NCBI GenBank assembly: GCA_048882385.1
Contig: JBHLRQ010000039.1
Coordinates: forward strand, 2,687 to 22,670
DNA: 19,984 bases
Reading direction: 5' to 3'
Source: Candidatus Thorarchaeota archaeon
GTDB taxonomy: Archaea; Asgardarchaeota; Thorarchaeia; Thorarchaeales; Thorarchaeaceae
Shown here in pieces: positions 16,139 to 19,984 of this stretch (position 1 is its first letter; each line of letters starts with the position of its first letter). A program made the translations under genes and the position numbers. The notes beneath the pieces are model-generated. The model had not been told where the DNA came from, did not search any database, and was given only the letters and a program-made list of their open reading frames with translations.

Positions 16139-19100
16139 CTACTCATCAACTTCTTGGAACGATTCAACTAAGCTTATCAATTCACTCTTAGTAAGCCTCT
16201 TGAGTTCAGATGGAGAAGTAGAGACCTTTATGTCATCAGGAATGAGATCGAGAAGTTCCTTTTTGGTCAACTTGGACAGATCTACAACTGGCTCGGGTTC
16301 GATGAACTCCTCAGGAATGTAATCTTCGACCACAGGTTCAATTTCTGGTTCGACAGGCTCCTCGATCAATTCATCAACTTCTGCTTCCTCAGCCACCTCT
16401 GGTTCAGTTTCGACGATTTCCTCAGAAATTTGATCATCTGGCTCGAGCATTTCAGGTTCTTCGACCTCGACTTCGATCTCCGGTTCAATTGTTGTTTCAT
16501 CTAGTATTTCAGATTCGGTTTCTATTTCGAATTCCTCGACCTCAGTAAGCTCTTCCTCCATAGGAGGTAATTCGACCTCTTCAGGTTCAAGTTCAACAGG
16601 TTCTTCAACCATAGCTGATTCCACTTCTGTATCCTCAACCTCAGCTTCAACAGATACCTCAGGCTCTGAAGGTTCAATTTTCTCAGGTTCTACCTCTGGT
16701 TCAGGAATTGGTTCTTCCTCGGTTTCAACAGAAAATGGTTCTTCAGGAGGCACTTCTTCGGCAACTTCTGGCATTCCAGGAACACTGGTATCAATCTCAC
16801 TTACATCAACAGATACGACACCGCGTCTTCTTCGAGAAACAATAATTGCAGCTCCTATGAGTGCGATACCTGCCCCTCCACCAACAAGCATTAGGGTCAT
16901 TGTGTCTGGCACAAATCCAGGAACTCCTACCCATTCGATTTCAGCGCTCAGACCATCTGTGTTCACAGTAGTTACTCCATGAGTATTTCCAGACACACTA
17001 TCTAGAGTAAACGTGTAGTTACCAGCCACAGTCTGGCCTACAGATGCTGTCCAATATCCTGCAGAGTTGTATGTCATTGCGATTGGACCATTGTTCAGAT
17101 AGACAGTACCATCTATGACAGGAGTGCTATCGAACTCATAGACAAGTGTAACACGAATTTCAACTGACACACCAGTATCAACCGAGGGAGTCGTGGTTGT
17201 GATTGAAGTTAGTTTGACTCTGTCCCAGATAACAGTTGCATCAGCAGAAGTCTGAATGAATTGGTCAATCTCACCAAGTGATGCAGAAGTGATGCTGTAT
17301 GTAACACTACCTACAGAGGATTGTGATACTGAAGCAGTGTAGACACCGCCAGATGGAATGCAGACAATGTCGCCTGTCATAGATACAACTATTCCAGTCA
17401 GAATGTCAACTCCAGCATTCTCAAGACGAGCACTCCATTGGATCTCTGCTGAAGAACCGATATTGACTCTTCCATCATCAACAGACACCGAATAGAACTC
17501 AATTCTATCCCAGTATACTGTGACAGCATTACTGTCCATGTTGTATTCACTAATTCCATGGAGTGTTGCATCGCAGGATGTGAGATCGTCAAAGTCGATA
17601 TCTGAGTATGAACCTATAGTTACTAAGACCTCCCATATTCCAGATCCTGCATGAGTTAATGAGTACCCTGCGATGTCAAATGCACCTGCAAGTACTGGTG
17701 TATTATCGAACTCATACTCAAGCTCAACTGTGATCATTGCGTTATCACCGGGGTCATGATAACGTTCATCCACTGTAACTGATACTACAAGAACTCTGTC
17801 CCAGATACAGAATGTAGCATCATTGGTCTGGATTTCGGATATTCCATGAGTGTCTCCAGACACTGCTGATACTGTGTACCATTGAATCTGAGGTGATGCA
17901 TATTGGTAGTTTGTGTTGTTCAGAGTGAAGCTTCCGTCAAACACTGTACTATCGAATGCGTAGACTGCACTCACAATGATGCCTGTTGCATTTGTACCAA
18001 CATTGACCCTCTGGTCAGAGGGATTAATGATACTGATAATCAACGCATCCCAAATCACCCGTTGAGCAGAAGTTGTTGCAAACCACTCAGTCAGGCCATA
18101 GGTTGACTCACTTGCAGAAGCTACATCAAACCATGCTGATGAAGGACTGACTGAAGTTTCTTGCCATCTCCAATAGAGACCACCAGCATACCAAATGAGA
18201 GTTCTTGAACCATTGAGATCTAGTATCAATCCACTCTGGATTGGAGTATTGTCATACTCGTATCTGGCTCTCCACCAAACGTCGCAATCGGAGTTGATAT
18301 TGATTCGCCCATCAACTACACCAGCCTCATAGATCTCTATCCTGTCAGTGATGAAAGTATCATTCAGACTTGTCGTGTGGTACAGGTCAGTTCCTCCAAA
18401 GCCACTTCCTTCAGTAACAACCTTGAATGTGTAATTGTTTAATCCAGTTGTTGCGGGAGAACCAATACTTGAGATACTGAAACTACCTGCACTTAGATCT
18501 CCACTCCAAGCTTCAACACCATCCCGTACAACCCAGACATCCGTTTCGTTTGCTAGAGGACTATGACTTGAACCATAATACGTGACGGAACCACTACCAA
18601 TCAAGTCTGAAGTGTTGATATTTCCACGGTCATCAGACAGATATGGTGGAGTGGAGTAGTCAAGGCGAGTTTCTACGTTCCAATTGGACTCATAGAAATC
18701 TGAATCATTATCAGTTCCATCAGTTACAAATTGTTGGATGTCAATATTGATGACATATGGGTGGTCCCAGCCGATCTTGATATACCAGGTCACCGTCAGA
18801 GTATCTCCAACACTAACAGCATTTGACATCGCCCCAATCGTGACAACTGAACCACCAAACTCAACTGAAAACGTGTCTGTTGCTCTTGTGTATCGAATTG
18901 TCCAATATAGAATTGGGAAATCATCAGGGAAGAGCGATAACTGAACATAACTGATGTCTGCGTATCCATCAGGATCACTCACAGAAGTGGTGACAATGTA
19001 GTAACGATAACGTGCGTATAGAAAGTCTGTGTCATCACCGTTTGTCAACACTGGACCAGAATCGTTGACAGGATTCTCATTTGGAGCTAGTGACCAGGTC

Positions 19101-19984
19101 ACTTGTTGCGTGTTCGTTGTGAATGAAGTGATACCGTATGTGGATTCTGATGTCACCACAAATACAGTGTAGGTGTATGAGTTGTCAGAGTTTGTATCAA
19201 CAAATGATGACTTGTTTGCATCAGTAAATGAGTGCCACCAAGTCCCATTTCTATAGACCACAATCTGGTAGGATGTGCATGCTGTATCGTCGTAGTCAAA
19301 GAGGACTGCAAGAGTGAAGTTTGCTTGAATTCCATTAAGTGGAGTAGAATCATCAACACCAATCGTGATAACTAGTTGATCCCATATCATGTAGGTTTCA
19401 TCATTGGAACTTATTATTGTGATACCATAAGTATCGCCTGATGCACTGTCGACGGTGTATCCCCATTTAACAACAGTTCCATCTCCATCAAAATCTGTTT
19501 GATTAAGTGTGAGTACACCATCAAATACTGCGCCATCATAATCGTAGACTGCACTCAAAACGATGCCTGATGCATTGGCATTGATGCCTTGTCTGTTGTC
19601 TGTGGGACCAGTTACGCTGATAGTAAGTGAGTCCCAGATCATGAAGGTCTCATCGTTCGAACTTATTGAAGTTATACCAAAAGAGCCTCCAGAAACACCT
19701 AGAACAGTGTAGCCCCACTTGATGGCTGTTCCATCTCCATCAAAGTCAGTATTGTTCAAGGTGAAGGTTCCATCAAACACTGAACCATCATAGTCATAGA
19801 CTGCTGACACGATGATACCTGAAGCATTGGCATTCAAGTTCTGCCTGTTGTCCGTTGGATCAGTGATGGTAATAGTCACTGAATCCCAGATCATGTAAGT
19901 GACATCATTCGAACTTATGGCGGTTATATCGAAGGTGTCTCCAGAAGCGTCAAGAACGGTGTATCCCCACCTGACAGCTGTCCC
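16139..19984 (-). CDS. Very large cell-surface protein (5' end beyond the window): tandem beta-rich repeats, a single TM helix, an acidic cytoplasmic tail and a terminal HEH-like motif
   Basis: The frame stays open upstream of the track's Met at 19894 to the window edge (GTAVRWGYTVLDASGDTFDITAISSNDVTY-MIWD), so the protein is at least 1281 aa. TM LMLVGGGAGIALIGAAIIVS (about 16835-16894) is followed by RRRR (16823-16834). Many N-X-S/T sequons precede the TM. Confidence 0.9.
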   Translation of the reverse strand, partial: GTAVRWGYTVLDASGDTFDITAISSNDVTYMIWDSVTITITDPTDNRQNLNANASGIIVSAVYDYDGSVFDGTFTLNNTDFDGDGTAIKWGYTVLGVSGGSFGITSISSNDETFMIWDSLTISVTGPTDNRQGINANASGIVLSAVYDYDGAVFDGVLTLNQTDFDGDGTVVKWGYTVDSASGDTYGITIISSNDETYMIWDQLVITIGVDDSTPLNGIQANFTLAVLFDYDDTACTSYQIVVYRNGTWWHSFTDANKSSFVDTNSDNSYTYTVFVVTSESTYGITSFTTNTQQVTWSLAPNENPVNDSGPVLTNGDDTDFLYARYRYYIVTTSVSDPDGYADISYVQLSLFPDDFPILYWTIRYTRATDTFSVEFGGSVVTIGAMSNAVSVGDTLTVTWYIKIGWDHPYVINIDIQQFVTDGTDNDSDFYESNWNVETRLDYSTPPYLSDDRGNINTSDLIGSGSVTYYGSSHSPLANETDVWVVRDGVEAWSGDLSAGSFSISSIGSPATTGLNNYTFKVVTEGSGFGGTDLYHTTSLNDTFITDRIEIYEAGVVDGRININSDCDVWWRARYEYDNTPIQSGLILDLNGSRTLIWYAGGLYWRWQETSVSPSSAWFDVASASESTYGLTEWFATTSAQRVIWDALIISIINPSDQRVNVGTNATGIIVSAVYAFDSTVFDGSFTLNNTNYQYASPQIQWYTVSAVSGDTHGISEIQTNDATFCIWDRVLVVSVTVDERYHDPGDNAMITVELEYEFDNTPVLAGAFDIAGYSLTHAGSGIWEVLVTIGSYSDIDFDDLTSCDATLHGISEYNMDSNAVTVYWDRIEFYSVSVDDGRVNIGSSAEIQWSARLENAGVDILTGIVVSMTGDIVCIPSGGVYTASVSQSSVGSVTYSITSASLGEIDQFIQTSADATVIWDRVKLTSITTTTPSVDTGVSVEIRVTLVYEFDSTPVIDGTVYLNNGPIAMTYNSAGYWTASVGQTVAGNYTFTLDSVSGNTHGVTTVNTDGLSAEIEWVGVPGFVPDTMTLMLVGGGAGIALIGAAIIVSRRRRGVVSVDVSEIDTSVPGMPEVAEEVPPEEPFSVETEEEPIPEPEVEPEKIEPSEPEVSVEAEVEDTEVESAMVEEPVELEPEEVELPPMEEELTEVEEFEIETESEILDETTIEPEIEVEVEEPEMLEPDDQISEEIVETEPEVAEEAEVDELIEEPVEPEIEPVVEDYIPEEFIEPEPVVDLSKLTKKELLDLIPDDIKVSTSPSELKRLTKSELISLVESFQEVDE
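19391..19984 (-). repeat. Intragenic tandem repeat with a 252-bp (84-aa) period: two full copies plus part of a third
   Basis: The Met codons of successive MIWD motifs start at 19894, 19642 and 19390, exactly 252 bp apart. The units share TDNRQ..NANASGI..SAVYDYDG.VFDG..TLN.TDFDGDGT..KWGYTV...SG...GIT.ISSNDET. Confidence 0.92.

Noticed and set aside
16283-16800. DNA tandem repeat or microsatellite in the TTC/CTC-rich stretch
   Set aside because: It reflects Glu/Pro-rich low-complexity coding (GAA/GAG/CCT codons) with no fixed period.
2724-19362. The remaining short ORFs nested in or antisense to the long genes (e.g. 7670-8119, 11398-11769, 14698-15015, 16059-16322)
   Set aside because: They overlap well-supported CDSs and show no motifs or RBS support, consistent with shadow ORFs.
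19391-19984. CRISPR array or mobile-element repeat
   Set aside because: The period is 252 bp, in frame and diverged at the codon level, with no short identical repeats or unique spacers. It is a protein-domain repeat.

Overview
A gene-dense window, probably archaeal. The evidence is short archaeal-type LeuC/LeuD, a DUF35 protein, GGTG/GAGG Shine-Dalgarno-like motifs, many TTG/GTG starts and sequon-rich secreted proteins. An Asgard (Thorarchaeia-like) origin is my inference from gene style and is unverified. Gene order: (1) a P-type ATPase on the minus strand that the ORF track missed and that runs off the left edge; (2) a divergent membrane-anchored S8 subtilase; (3) an MFS transporter, a PHP/histidinol-phosphatase-like gene, a small membrane protein and two TPR proteins; (4) a convergent FAH-family hydrolase; (5) a Cys-motif small protein followed by a leuB/leuC/leuD-like cluster with no leuA; (6) an uncharacterised 594-aa membrane-anchored protein; (7) on the minus strand, an acyl-CoA dehydrogenase, a DUF35 protein and a very large repeat-containing surface protein running off the right edge. 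Four observations stand out. The ATPase has PINIP where the ion-binding PEGLP of transmembrane helix M4 should be, so Ile replaces the Glu as in P4 lipid flippases, on an otherwise P2-like scaffold. The subtilase resembles eukaryotic site-1 protease (SKI-1/S1P) over both domains yet has no prodomain. The surface protein has a 231-aa acidic cytoplasmic tail ending in a SAP/Rho-N/LEM-like helix-extension-helix. Two intergenic regions look like structured RNAs. No rRNA, tRNA, CRISPR array or mobile element was recognised. All family assignments come from motif reading and memory, not database searches.
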